The notes under the pieces are model-generated. The model worked only from the letters and a program-made list of their open reading frames with translations, searched no databases and was not told the origin of the DNA. From NCBI GenBank assembly GCA_964016885.1, contig OZ024740.1, positions 200,508,001 to 200,572,000 on the forward strand: 64,000 nucleotides of DNA, given 5' to 3'. Positions 1-9,282 of the stretch are shown piece by piece. The stretch is from Eledone cirrhosa (taxonomy: Eukaryota). The translations under genes and the position numbers were made by a program. Position 1 is the stretch's first letter. Each line of letters opens with the position of its first letter.

Positions 1-2962
1 GATGGGTTAAAGTTTTGTCAACATCAGGATTGTTAGCTCGCTCTGGGTATTTTCCATACAGAGGCTTTTCTTGCCATTTCTTAGCCAGTTTCTGTAGCAG
101 TTCTTTCTTTGCAGTTACTTTTACCTGCTTTGCTTTTTCTGTGTTTTCCATTTCAGCAGTAAATGGGACTTCTGAAATTTGTAGTCCATTACTGTATCTT
201 TGTGCATCTTTTGTAATGGAATATGATCTTTTGGTGCTTTCGTGTTTCAAAACGAGTTTGATCATCCAATCATGTGATTCCCTTAGATATGTGGATAATC
301 CAATTGTTGCAGTTTTCAACGCAATGTCTAACTGGATTAACCCACGTCCTCCTTCTTTCCTAGGGAGATATATTCTATCTATGTCTGCCTTAGGGTGATG
401 CATTCTGTGCATGGTTAAGAATTTTCGGATTTTTGTATCGAGCCTACGGATCTCTGTGCTTGACCAGTTGATGACATTGTAACTGTAGGTTACTACTGGT
501 ATGGCAAGCGTGTTTATGGCATCGATCCTATTCCTTGCATTCAATTCCGTTCTTAAGATTGCTCTGACTCTGCGGTAACATTCCTTCCTTATCCTTTCCC
601 TCATTGTCGAGTGCTTGATTCCGTCTCCTTCACAAACACCTAGATATTTGTAAGTTTGTTCTTGATCAAGCTCTCTTATCACGTTCCCCCGATCAAGATT
701 AATGTCTGAACTCTTCAGCAGCTTTCCTCTGGTGAACGTTGCTTTGGCGCATTTATCCAGTCCAAACTCCATTTTAATGTCATCACTGAACTGCTTCACA
801 GTGGATAATAGCCCTTGCAATTGTTCATCATTTTTTGCAAATAGTTTCAGGTCATCCATGTAGAACAGGTGATTAATGGTTTTGTCATAGACTCTATATC
901 CATGTTTTGTTTCATTGAGCATTTTACTTAATGGTATAAGTGCGATGCAGAATAAAAGCGGTGATAAAGAGTCACCCTGAAAAATTCCACAATTAATGTT
1001 AACTTCTCCAGCTTCCAGTGATTTTGTTTCACTATTCAAAAGGAGTGTCGTTCTCCATGTCCTCATACTGAATGACAAAAACCTCCTGATAACGGGGGAT
1101 ATTTTGAAAATCTCTAAACATTTTTCAATCCAACTGTGTGGCAAACTATCAAATGCTTTTTTATAATCTATCCAAGCAATCGATAGATTTTTGTGTCTAT
1201 TATGACAATCTTCCAGTATCATTTTGTTAACCAGAAGCTGATCCTTACAGCCATATGAGCCTCGTTTACACCCTTTCTGCTCAATGGGAAATAGGTCATT
1301 TGTTATCAGGTGGTCATATGTGTATTCAGTTAGGACTGATGTTAAAATTTTATACATTGTGGTCAAGCAGGTTATCGGTCTGTAATTTTTGGGATTGTTT
1401 GTCTCATCATTCTTCGGTAGCAGGAATGTAATGCCGTTAACTAGCCATGATGGTATCTTTTCTGGCTCCTTAACTATTTCATTGTAAAGTTGGGCTAACA
1501 GCTCATGAGACTCTGTGAAGGCATTTATCCAAAAGTTTTGTATTTTGTCTTTTCCTGGGGATTTCCATTTGCTGGTTTTTCTTAGAGCCAAGCGCAGCTG
1601 TTCAACTGTTATATTTTCCCATGTTTGTTCTTCAAGGTGAGCTGTTTCTTTCATTTGTCTGTCTATCCATGGGGCATGTATGTTATGAACTTTTTCTTCG
1701 GCCCAGATCTTTTCCCAGAATTCTTGCACTTCCTCCTTGGGTGGTATTGATTTAGCAGTTATTGTTGACTTACCAATTTTTCTGTAGAAGTTTCTTTGGT
1801 TGTTTTTGAACATATTATTGTCCTTATAGAATCTAGATCGTTTTTCAAAGCGCCTTATACGAGCAGCTTTGGCCGACACTTTTTGCTTGATTGTTTCTAT
1901 CAGCATGTCTATGTCACATGTTGATCTTATACTGTACTTTTTTTTCAATTTTCTAAGTTTAGTTTGTTTAACATGTTCACCTACTTTATAGTTTGTTAAA
2001 ATTTCTATGTCAGATCGGAGAAGGTTTATTTGGCGATTGATGTTATCTTGCCAAGTAGATTTCTTGTGGGAATTCCTTTGTTTTTTCATCTTCACTCCAC
2101 ATAAGTGAGTGGTGACTTTAGCCGATGCATAATAGAGATGATTTAAGTCAGTAATGCTTAGTTTGTTTGTGATGATAATGTTTTTGAGAATTATGTTAGT
2201 CTTGTGTATTATCTTTTGGTTCTGTTTGGAGTTCTGGATCTTAGGGAGGGTGTCTCGTTCCCCCATGTCAGATTCTTTCATTTTCATCCATTCGATCATA
2301 ATTTCATCCTTCAAGTTGGCAAGTTCATTCTCATTCATTTCTTTATCATTTACGATCTCATTATTTTCATTTGGAGTTTCATCCTGAGCATGCACTCCCT
2401 CCACTTTTTCGCTCCTTTCTTTAATTTGTTCTGTTGCCAGTGATTCCGCCCCAACTCTGGGATTCGAAGTGTTACAGTTTACCTCGTTTTCACTGACACA
2501 TGCTTCATTTTCCCTTCGCTGACTTTGTGCTACTAGCTTGATCTGATCAATTTCTATATCAGTTAGTAACTTTTTTCTTACAATATTTCTTCGTATATTG
2601 GCTAGTTTGTTACTGTCAATATAGCCTCTGTTTTCGGGATGTTTCTTTTTCCAGTTGATATATGTTTGCTCTGTATTCGATGTATTTGATGGGTAGTACA
2701 TGGCAGTGTAGAAAGTCTCAAGGACTTCTTTATTATCTTCCCTTGACCATTTTTCTCTCTTTTTCTTTGGATTTCTTGGTGGTGAGCATGGAGGGCCAAC
2801 AGTAGGAGTATTCCGGTTATGGGAGGTCTCCAGCTCCGAAGTGATGGGAAGGTTTGAACCATTAGCTGATTTTTCGACCCCAGTCTGGTTCCTCTCTGAG
2901 GGACGCGGCCCTTTTTTACCCGGGTGACGGCCGATCCGGTATGAGATTTCATCATTAGACAT
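1..2962 (-). CDS. Dong/R4-like polyprotein (Myb-like N-terminus + reverse transcriptase), 3'-partial
   Basis: ATG at 2962 (MSNDEISYRIG...KREKWSREDNKEV...SNKLANIRRNI). GIFQGDSLSPLLF at about 950-990 and HLFYMDDLKLF (Y codon at 862) are in frame with the ATG. It is probably missing from the ORF track because no stop occurs inside the window. Confidence 0.85.
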   Translation of the reverse strand, partial: MSNDEISYRIGRHPGKKGPRPSERNQTGVEKSANGSNLPITSELETSHNRNTPTVGPPCSPPRNPKKKREKWSREDNKEVLETFYTAMYYPSNTSNTEQTYINWKKKHPENRGYIDSNKLANIRRNIVRKKLLTDIEIDQIKLVAQSQRRENEACVSENEVNCNTSNPRVGAESLATEQIKERSEKVEGVHAQDETPNENNEIVNDKEMNENELANLKDEIMIEWMKMKESDMGERDTLPKIQNSKQNQKIIHKTNIILKNIIITNKLSITDLNHLYYASAKVTTHLCGVKMKKQRNSHKKSTWQDNINRQINLLRSDIEILTNYKVGEHVKQTKLRKLKKKYSIRSTCDIDMLIETIKQKVSAKAARIRRFEKRSRFYKDNNMFKNNQRNFYRKIGKSTITAKSIPPKEEVQEFWEKIWAEEKVHNIHAPWIDRQMKETAHLEEQTWENITVEQLRLALRKTSKWKSPGKDKIQNFWINAFTESHELLAQLYNEIVKEPEKIPSWLVNGITFLLPKNDETNNPKNYRPITCLTTMYKILTSVLTEYTYDHLITNDLFPIEQKGCKRGSYGCKDQLLVNKMILEDCHNRHKNLSIAWIDYKKAFDSLPHSWIEKCLEIFKISPVIRRFLSFSMRTWRTTLLLNSETKSLEAGEVNINCGIFQGDSLSPLLFCIALIPLSKMLNETKHGYRVYDKTINHLFYMDDLKLFAKNDEQLQGLLSTVKQFSDDIKMEFGLDKCAKATFTRGKLLKSSDINLDRGNVIRELDQEQTYKYLGVCEGDGIKHSTMRERIRKECYRRVRAILRTELNARNRIDAINTLAIPVVTYSYNVINWSSTEIRRLDTKIRKFLTMHRMHHPKADIDRIYLPRKEGGRGLIQLDIALKTATIGLSTYLRESHDWMIKLVLKHESTKRSYSITKDAQRYSNGLQISEVPFTAEMENTEKAKQVKVTAKKELLQKLAKKWQEKPLYGKYPERANNPDVDKTLTH

Positions 2963-3202
2963 CTACTTTATTTTGTCGCGTTTTATCCTTATCCGCCAAG
3001 GGGTAATCTTTTCGTGTTACCACTTCTAGAACGAGTGTCAACCAAGACTAGAGGGGTCGTTCTCCCCTAGAGACATGGCTATTCCCCGCCGGCCGCCATC
3101 CCGGTATTTCTTGGTCACGGGGTTTTCTTTTTGTTGTTTTTTTTAAATTGTTATTATCATGAGTGATTCCTTAATGTGAGCATTGCGTGGCTTAAGAATG
3201 AA
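1..3202 (-). mobile_element. Dong/R4-clade (RLE-type) non-LTR retrotransposon, 5' part; runs off the left window edge
   Basis: Single long minus-strand ORF with RT motifs. 5' end abuts (AAT)6 at 3203-3220. The N-terminus is homologous to the copy at 36491. Confidence 0.9.
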
Positions 3203-3220
3203 ATTATTATTATTATTATT
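3203..3220. repeat. (ATT)6 microsatellite shared by head-to-head Dong-like and Tx1-like elements
   Basis: attattattattattatt between the two 5' ends. Confidence 0.95.
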
Positions 3221-3433
3221 GAATGCCATGGTTGACGGAGGCTCGGCTCTGTAAGGTATAGTAGTTTTTAACCGTTGAAACAATTGTAAATTGTTTAAAA
3301 CTTGAACCAAATTGTTGATAAAGACACCCTCCTCCTCGTGAGAGGGGTCTTTCTGTCCGTTGTTTGGCCCTTCGGGGTTGAATAACCAGTTGTTGGGGTT
3401 TTGTACCCAAAATTTCATTTTAAACAAAAAAAC

Positions 3434-5200
3434 ATGGCTACCAAAAAGAAATTTCATACGTCACTCCCACTCATTCCGTCTTCTTCTTCCTCAATCATCA
3501 CTACAGCAGAGAGAAGATTGTCTTTCTCCCTCCCTTCTTTAAATGTGTCTCTCTCCCTCCCTTCTCTTTCGCAAGCGACGAAAGAAAAGAAAAGTCTCGT
3601 GCAAAGCGTGCAAGGTTTCTCCACGACGACGACGACAGCGACGAAACAGGTGTGCGGGAAATACGAAAACCCAGTTCATTCGTCTGACGTCAGGAATAAT
3701 AGCAGTAGCAGCCGTAATAACAACAGCAACAGTGACAATGAAAACAACAGTAGCAGCCGCAACAGCATCACCAGCAGCATAAACAACAACAGCATTAGCA
3801 GCAGCAACACCAACAACAACCACAGCAACAGCGGCGGAGGCAGTAGTCGTAGTACCTGCAGCAACAACAAAAGTACCAGCAGCTCTGACAACAACAACAA
3901 CAGCAGAGAAAAACCAATCTCATTTGCAGGTATTGCGAAAAACTTGGAAACAATCCTCATAACAAATGAGGAATTAGAGGAAGCGAAGAAGATGGTGACA
4001 AAGAACGGACACCGAGCAATCTGCAAGGCAGCGAAAAATTTTTTCGAAACCCAAGAGCACTGTACGGTCACGTACCGTACAGTAAGTACAAAATCCCGTA
4101 GGGTGGAAAGAGCCACAGAGGCCCAAATACAAAAAGCCTTGGGGTCTGTGTGGCAGAGGAAAACGCACATCACCCGAGGCAAAAAATACGCCACCGTAGA
4201 CGTACTTTTTGCCACACCCCAGGAGGCAAAGGCCCAATCAGTAGTGACCCTAAGGAGCGAGGAAATGGTGTTGGTGCCCTCCTACTGCGGGCAAAAAATT
4301 GTGAGGGTCAAACTAACCCACGTCCCCCCCGGAATGACCCCTTCTTGGCTGGCCGCGTCTGTCCTCGTCGGAATCGAGGACAAAACAACTGTACTGCAAG
4401 TACAGAAAAAAGTAAGAGAAGATTGGGTCGGCTCCTCCATTGAGATGCTAATCCAAACCAACCAGGAGTGCATCGAAGCTATCCCGGATGTGATAGACTT
4501 CGATAACGGCACTCAACTGCCCATAAGTGTTGAGGGCAAACGCCCGAAATGCTTTCGCTGTGGATCGAAGACTCACCTCAGGGCCTTCTGCAACGAGAAG
4601 ACCCTGAGAAAGGAGAAAACCCCCCTCCTTCCGAATCCGGCTCCACGGCTACCAGCAACAGGACAAGCGGCAACCAGGAACGATAGGTCCGTGGCACCCA
4701 TACCCACTCCACAGAAATCAAAGACAGCAGCAGCAGTGGAAATATTAACAACAACAACAGCAATACCAAATGCAGCTGCAACAGAGACTCCAGTGCAAAC
4801 ATCACCAACAACAACAAGTGAAAGAGTGGAGCTGGTACCCCTCCCCGACCTTACAGAATCAGACATGGAGTGTGAGGTGGGAGAGGGATGGCAAAAGGTC
4901 GCAAGAAGGCACAAACGCAGAAGCAGCGCATCGTCGCCTTTGAAAAGGGAGGAAAGAAATGAGAAAAGGGTAAAGTCTACTGCAAAGAGACCCACAGCAG
5001 CAACACCACCAACACCATCACCACCCACACCAGCACCACCATCACCACCGGCGACAACCCCACCGCCAACAACACCTTCAACACCACCACCACAAGCACC
5101 AACATCGCAAACACAACAACAGAACACACACACCCAGCAACAACGACAAGAAAATAGCAGAACCACACCCCACCCCAGAAAAACAAATGCACGGCAATAA
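3434..5200 (+). CDS. ORF1p of copy A (N/S-rich N-terminus, putative RRM-like core, CX2CX4HX4C knuckle, P/T-rich tail); C-terminus probably frameshifted, true end about 5498
   Basis: ATG 3434; CFRCGSKTHLRAFC. Sequence 5200-5498 (KFPNAVGDFR...IPPLPKVR*) matches the ORF1 end of copy L in other frames. Confidence 0.85.
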   Translation: MATKKKFHTSLPLIPSSSSSIITTAERRLSFSLPSLNVSLSLPSLSQATKEKKSLVQSVQGFSTTTTTATKQVCGKYENPVHSSDVRNNSSSSRNNNSNSDNENNSSSRNSITSSINNNSISSSNTNNNHSNSGGGSSRSTCSNNKSTSSSDNNNNSREKPISFAGIAKNLETILITNEELEEAKKMVTKNGHRAICKAAKNFFETQEHCTVTYRTVSTKSRRVERATEAQIQKALGSVWQRKTHITRGKKYATVDVLFATPQEAKAQSVVTLRSEEMVLVPSYCGQKIVRVKLTHVPPGMTPSWLAASVLVGIEDKTTVLQVQKKVREDWVGSSIEMLIQTNQECIEAIPDVIDFDNGTQLPISVEGKRPKCFRCGSKTHLRAFCNEKTLRKEKTPLLPNPAPRLPATGQAATRNDRSVAPIPTPQKSKTAAAVEILTTTTAIPNAAATETPVQTSPTTTSERVELVPLPDLTESDMECEVGEGWQKVARRHKRRSSASSPLKREERNEKRVKSTAKRPTAATPPTPSPPTPAPPSPPATTPPPTTPSTPPPQAPTSQTQQQNTHTQQQRQENSRTTPHPRKTNARQ

Positions 5201-5533
5201 ACACACACAACAAGAAACTAATGACTTACATAATTGAACACACAGACATTTCACAACGCCAACTAACATAAGACTGCTAAAAATAGCACAGAAACAATAC
5301 ACAAACATTAAAACGAAATTCCCCAACGCAGTTGGTGATTTCAGGGACCTAGGAGGAACCATCAATTGAAGAGTATATTCAGACATTCTCTTAGAAGAGC
5401 CGACGACCAGCCGAAGGGACGATTCAACGGTCCCTTCACCAGACGATCAAGTGAAAAGGGATGTAAAAACCATCCCTCCTCTACCAAAAGTACGGTAAGT
5501 GGTCTTTCCCATCTTTTCCACTCTATTTTAAAC

Positions 5534-8500
5534 ATGACCTCACTCAGAATAGGCAGCATAAATGCGCGTGGCTTGGGGTCGTCATGGAAGCAGGGTCACC
5601 TGCTCAACGACCTCAGGTCACTAAACATAGATGTAGTGGCCATCAGCGAGACCAGAATCTCCGAAGCACGGGCCTTCGCACCGATCTTCGGCGGCTACGA
5701 TGTGTACGCATCTCCCAGCCGTCCTGGATCGGGTGGAGGAGTTGCTGTGCTTTTTCGGAGAGGTTTGGATCTCGCCATACGGGCCATCTTCCTGGACCCA
5801 GAGGGTAAGCTGGTGGTGCTGGACGTGACCAGCGGAGACGGGCAAGCTTTCAGGCTAGTGGCCGTCTATGCCCCGACAGGAGCAGGGCGGCCTGATTTCT
5901 TCCGGCGTCTGGAGACCTTTCTTGGAACGTCCCGCTCTTTAGTGTTAGTGGGCGACTGGAACGGGATCTTAGATGCACGCTGGGACTGTGTGGGATTAGC
6001 GGATAGGGGTGGAGGGTGCAAGAGCCTCACCAACCTGCTCAGGCGTTTTGAACTGTCTGACAGGTACCGATTGAATTTCCCGAATGTGCCAATGTGGACT
6101 TGGACAAACCGCATAGGGTCATCCAGATCAGATCTAGATAGAGTATTTTGTAGGGAAATAGATAGGTCTAGCATAGGCTGTCCACAATTCAAGATAGTCA
6201 GCTACACGGACCACAAATTCGTGACCTGTGTGCTTGACTTAGATAGGCTTCATAGACGAGGACCCGGCTACTGGAAGCTAAACGCGTCCTTACCAGCGCG
6301 CAAGGCCTACAGAGACCGGATTAGCGAACTAGTTAAGCGGGCGTTGACGGGGGCCATCGTCAACAACAAGTGGTGGTTTGCTCTGAAAAGAGCGATTAGA
6401 ATAGAATCGATTAGGTTTAGTAAGGCTTTAGCAATAGAGAAAAATAGAGCAGAGGGAGAACTAGTTAGAAAATTAGACGAGGCGCTTAGCAAAGGCATTG
6501 CGACCGACGTGCTTGCGGCGAAATTGGCCCTTGACCAATTCTTCAATGCAAAGCACGAAGGCTGCGTTGTCATAGCTAGGGTGCGTGCTCTCAGACACGA
6601 GGGGACGAAAGCCGTTCAATGGGCCCGAGTGGCGGAGGCGCGTCGTGGCAACAAAGCCACGATCCGGTCTTTGGTGGACCACGACGGGCGCATGCTACTC
6701 GATCCCGGGCAAATGTGTGAAGCTTTTCAGCGACACTTCCCTCAGCTGTTCGGGGGCAGCGGGGGGCCGGGTAGAGGGATGGACTTTAGTGTCTACCTCG
6801 ACGGACTGCCGCGGCTCTCGGCCACTGAGGCGAAGTGTTGCGAAAAGCCGATAACAGCCGCTGAAGTACGGGAGGCAATGACTGGCTGCACAAGGGGTAA
6901 ATCGCCTGGTTTGGATGGTCTGCCCTATGAACTTTACGTACAGATGCCAGACTTGTTCGGAGGCCTCTTGGCGGACGTCTACTGCAACTGGCAACAGAAC
7001 GGGAGAATTCCCAGTTCTGTGAGCCGAGGAGCGGTGGCACTGCTGAGAAAGGATCCGAACAAGGGGGATAACATAGACAATTTCCGGCCCATAACTCTGC
7101 TAAACACAGAGTTCAAGATTTTGGCCAAGGTGCTAGCAAAGAGGTTGGCGCTTGTCGTTGGTGGTCTGGTGGGAGAGGCGCAGACATGCGCCATTCCCGA
7201 CAGATCCATCCACGACAACCTCCACCTCATGCGATACATCGTAGAGAGGGTAGCTAGGGAACCTGGCACGGGTGGGTCCTTGATCAATTTAGATCAGTCG
7301 AAAGCTTTCGATAGGGTCCACCATCGTTACCTAGCGGCAGTCCTGAGGGCGGCTGGCTTTGGGCCCGTCTTCAGAGGCTGGATCGCTGCCATGCACAGCG
7401 ACATCTGCTCTGTGGTGAGAGTGAACGGTCACCTGTCGGAACCGTTCAACATCATGCGCTCGGTCCGCCAAGGATGTCCCCTCTCGTCCCTCTTGTACGT
7501 ATTGACTCTCGAGCCATTACTGCACAAACTGGAGACGTTGAGGGGAGTCCCGCGCGAACTAGGATGCGGAAGATCCGTGTCAGCATATGCGGACGATGTC
7601 ACCGTAGTGGTGTCGAACGCCAAACACATCGAGGCGATCGGCACTACACTAAGAGAATACGAAGCGGTGACAGGAGCAATGATCAACCAGGAAAAGTCAG
7701 TGGGCCTGCAGCTCGGCACCTGGAGAGGCAAGTCCATGCCGTCCAACAGCGTCGTCGGGCGCTGGACGGACGGACCGGTTAAATTGCTAGGGGTCTGGTT
7801 CGGTCCGGACCTCCAGACGGACAAAAACTGGGACGAGGTGACGAGCAGGGTGGCTTCTCTCACCAAGAAATGGGCGGAGAGGAAGCTATCCCTGAAAGGT
7901 CGAGCGGAGGTGGCTAACGCGTACATCGCGTCTGTCATCTGCTACCGCCTAACCGTCGTACCTTGTCCTAAGCCTCGCCTGACTGCGCTGGAGCGTTTGC
8001 TCTTTCGCTTTTTGTGGAAGGGACGTGCTCCGATGGTCAGGCGGTCCATCTGTTGTCAACACCCGCTACGTGGAGGGCTGGGCATGCCGTGGCTGATGAT
8101 GCGCAGGCACGCGCTCAGGCTACGACATCTCCACCTCTTCCTCGACGGTGATCAGGTGTGGTCGCCGTTTGCTAGACGCGTTTTTCCCCAGCTCGTTTCC
8201 TTGACGGAGCTGCAGTCCTGGGTCAAGCGAAGACCGAGAAGGAGCGCCTGGAGACTGGAATGTCTTCAGGCGCTCACAGCCCTCGACCAATCGGGCAATG
8301 TGATCGGTGGAAACTCCACCTCGGCGTTCTATAGAGGATTAGTGGAGGGGAAGAGCGACGACGTACTTGGGGAAACTCTAGGCGTCGACGAAAATCAACT
8401 AGCCAATCTCTTCGGAAGAACTTTCGGGCCGGGGCCTATGGACAACTTCCAGAAATCTCTGGCCTGGCAGTGCTACCGAGGAGCCTTGCCAGTTCGGGAT

Positions 8501-8953
8501 AAACTCTACAGGCATGGAGGTGCCGTCAGCCGGGCATGTCCGAGATGCGCGCAGGGCGACGAAACCGTCCTGCACGCACTCGTCCAGTGTCCGAAAATTG
8601 CTGACTTGTGGGTTTATGTCGAACACCTGCTGTCGCGTTTAGGACGGATCCAGCTATCATCTGAGTCTATCGTGAGGATTGCCCCGCCCTCCTCCTTTAG
8701 CCGGGAAGGGCAGGCAGTTTTTATCTGTCTGGTGGCCATGGCGAAAGAGATAGTATGGTGGACACGTTTGAAAGGGCTGAAGACGAGCACTTACCTCTTC
8801 GGTGATGCTCTGATTGACTTTTTCAAATTTCATTTGAAAAGGAAAATCAGAGTAGAGAAGGAAGTGCTCTCTTCCGAGCATTTTGTTGAAAGATGGGTGA
8901 GAGAAGCAAGAATGGCCCGAGTGAATGGCCCGACTCTGAGTATATATCTGTAA
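5534..8953 (+). CDS. ORF2p of copy A: APE endonuclease + reverse transcriptase + C-terminal Cys/His zinc finger, 1139 aa, open
   Basis: MTSLRIGSINARGL, SET, YAP, GDWN, TDH (APE); KSPGLDG, FRPITLLN, QGCPLS, YADD (RT); CPRC..ETVLHALVQC. Confidence 0.95.
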   Translation: MTSLRIGSINARGLGSSWKQGHLLNDLRSLNIDVVAISETRISEARAFAPIFGGYDVYASPSRPGSGGGVAVLFRRGLDLAIRAIFLDPEGKLVVLDVTSGDGQAFRLVAVYAPTGAGRPDFFRRLETFLGTSRSLVLVGDWNGILDARWDCVGLADRGGGCKSLTNLLRRFELSDRYRLNFPNVPMWTWTNRIGSSRSDLDRVFCREIDRSSIGCPQFKIVSYTDHKFVTCVLDLDRLHRRGPGYWKLNASLPARKAYRDRISELVKRALTGAIVNNKWWFALKRAIRIESIRFSKALAIEKNRAEGELVRKLDEALSKGIATDVLAAKLALDQFFNAKHEGCVVIARVRALRHEGTKAVQWARVAEARRGNKATIRSLVDHDGRMLLDPGQMCEAFQRHFPQLFGGSGGPGRGMDFSVYLDGLPRLSATEAKCCEKPITAAEVREAMTGCTRGKSPGLDGLPYELYVQMPDLFGGLLADVYCNWQQNGRIPSSVSRGAVALLRKDPNKGDNIDNFRPITLLNTEFKILAKVLAKRLALVVGGLVGEAQTCAIPDRSIHDNLHLMRYIVERVAREPGTGGSLINLDQSKAFDRVHHRYLAAVLRAAGFGPVFRGWIAAMHSDICSVVRVNGHLSEPFNIMRSVRQGCPLSSLLYVLTLEPLLHKLETLRGVPRELGCGRSVSAYADDVTVVVSNAKHIEAIGTTLREYEAVTGAMINQEKSVGLQLGTWRGKSMPSNSVVGRWTDGPVKLLGVWFGPDLQTDKNWDEVTSRVASLTKKWAERKLSLKGRAEVANAYIASVICYRLTVVPCPKPRLTALERLLFRFLWKGRAPMVRRSICCQHPLRGGLGMPWLMMRRHALRLRHLHLFLDGDQVWSPFARRVFPQLVSLTELQSWVKRRPRRSAWRLECLQALTALDQSGNVIGGNSTSAFYRGLVEGKSDDVLGETLGVDENQLANLFGRTFGPGPMDNFQKSLAWQCYRGALPVRDKLYRHGGAVSRACPRCAQGDETVLHALVQCPKIADLWVYVEHLLSRLGRIQLSSESIVRIAPPSSFSREGQAVFICLVAMAKEIVWWTRLKGLKTSTYLFGDALIDFFKFHLKRKIRVEKEVLSSEHFVERWVREARMARVNGPTLSIYL

Positions 8954-9214
8954 ACTAAAGGTGGAAAACTGGGAGAGGGCACTTGCCTTGGTGGTCAGGG
9001 TCATTGTGGCTTTTTACTGGGCTTTCTCCACAAATGTCCCTCCGAAGTCTCCCCCCTATTGGGGAATTTTTTCATTGTTATTTTCATTGTTATTTTTGTT
9101 ACATCCTCTGTTTTTGTTTTTTTACACGCAGAAATGCCCATTTGTACCGTCCTGCATTGTCCTGCACTGTCCTTAATGTCTACTTTATGTAAACCCTTGT
9201 GGTTAATAAAGAAA

Positions 9215-9216
<2 letters not shown>

Positions 9217-9279
<63 letters not shown>
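9217..9279. repeat. (ATT)21 microsatellite
   Basis: Perfect repeat between copies A and B. Confidence 0.95.

Positions 9280-9282
<3 letters not shown>

Larger units (their letters stand above)
3221..9216 (+). mobile_element. Full-length Tx1-like (L1 clade) non-LTR retrotransposon, copy A
   Basis: 5'UTR, ORF1 with CCHC, intact APE-RT ORF2 and 3'UTR ending AATAAAGAAATC. Flanked by (ATT)6 and (ATT)21. Confidence 0.95.

Noticed and set aside
3539-5386. Long antisense ORFs (V/G/L/C-rich) over ORF1, and similar ones over other copies
   Set aside because: They are by-products of AAC/ACC-rich sense sequence; no domain is recognisable.
5366-5533. ORF-track N-terminal extension of ORF2 (1195 aa)
   Set aside because: The start is TTG inside the ORF1 tail. 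The conserved ATG and the APE start are at 5534 in homologues.
7429-7938. Recurring antisense ORF MTDAMYA... in several copies
   Set aside because: It mirrors conserved ORF2 codons and is variably truncated.
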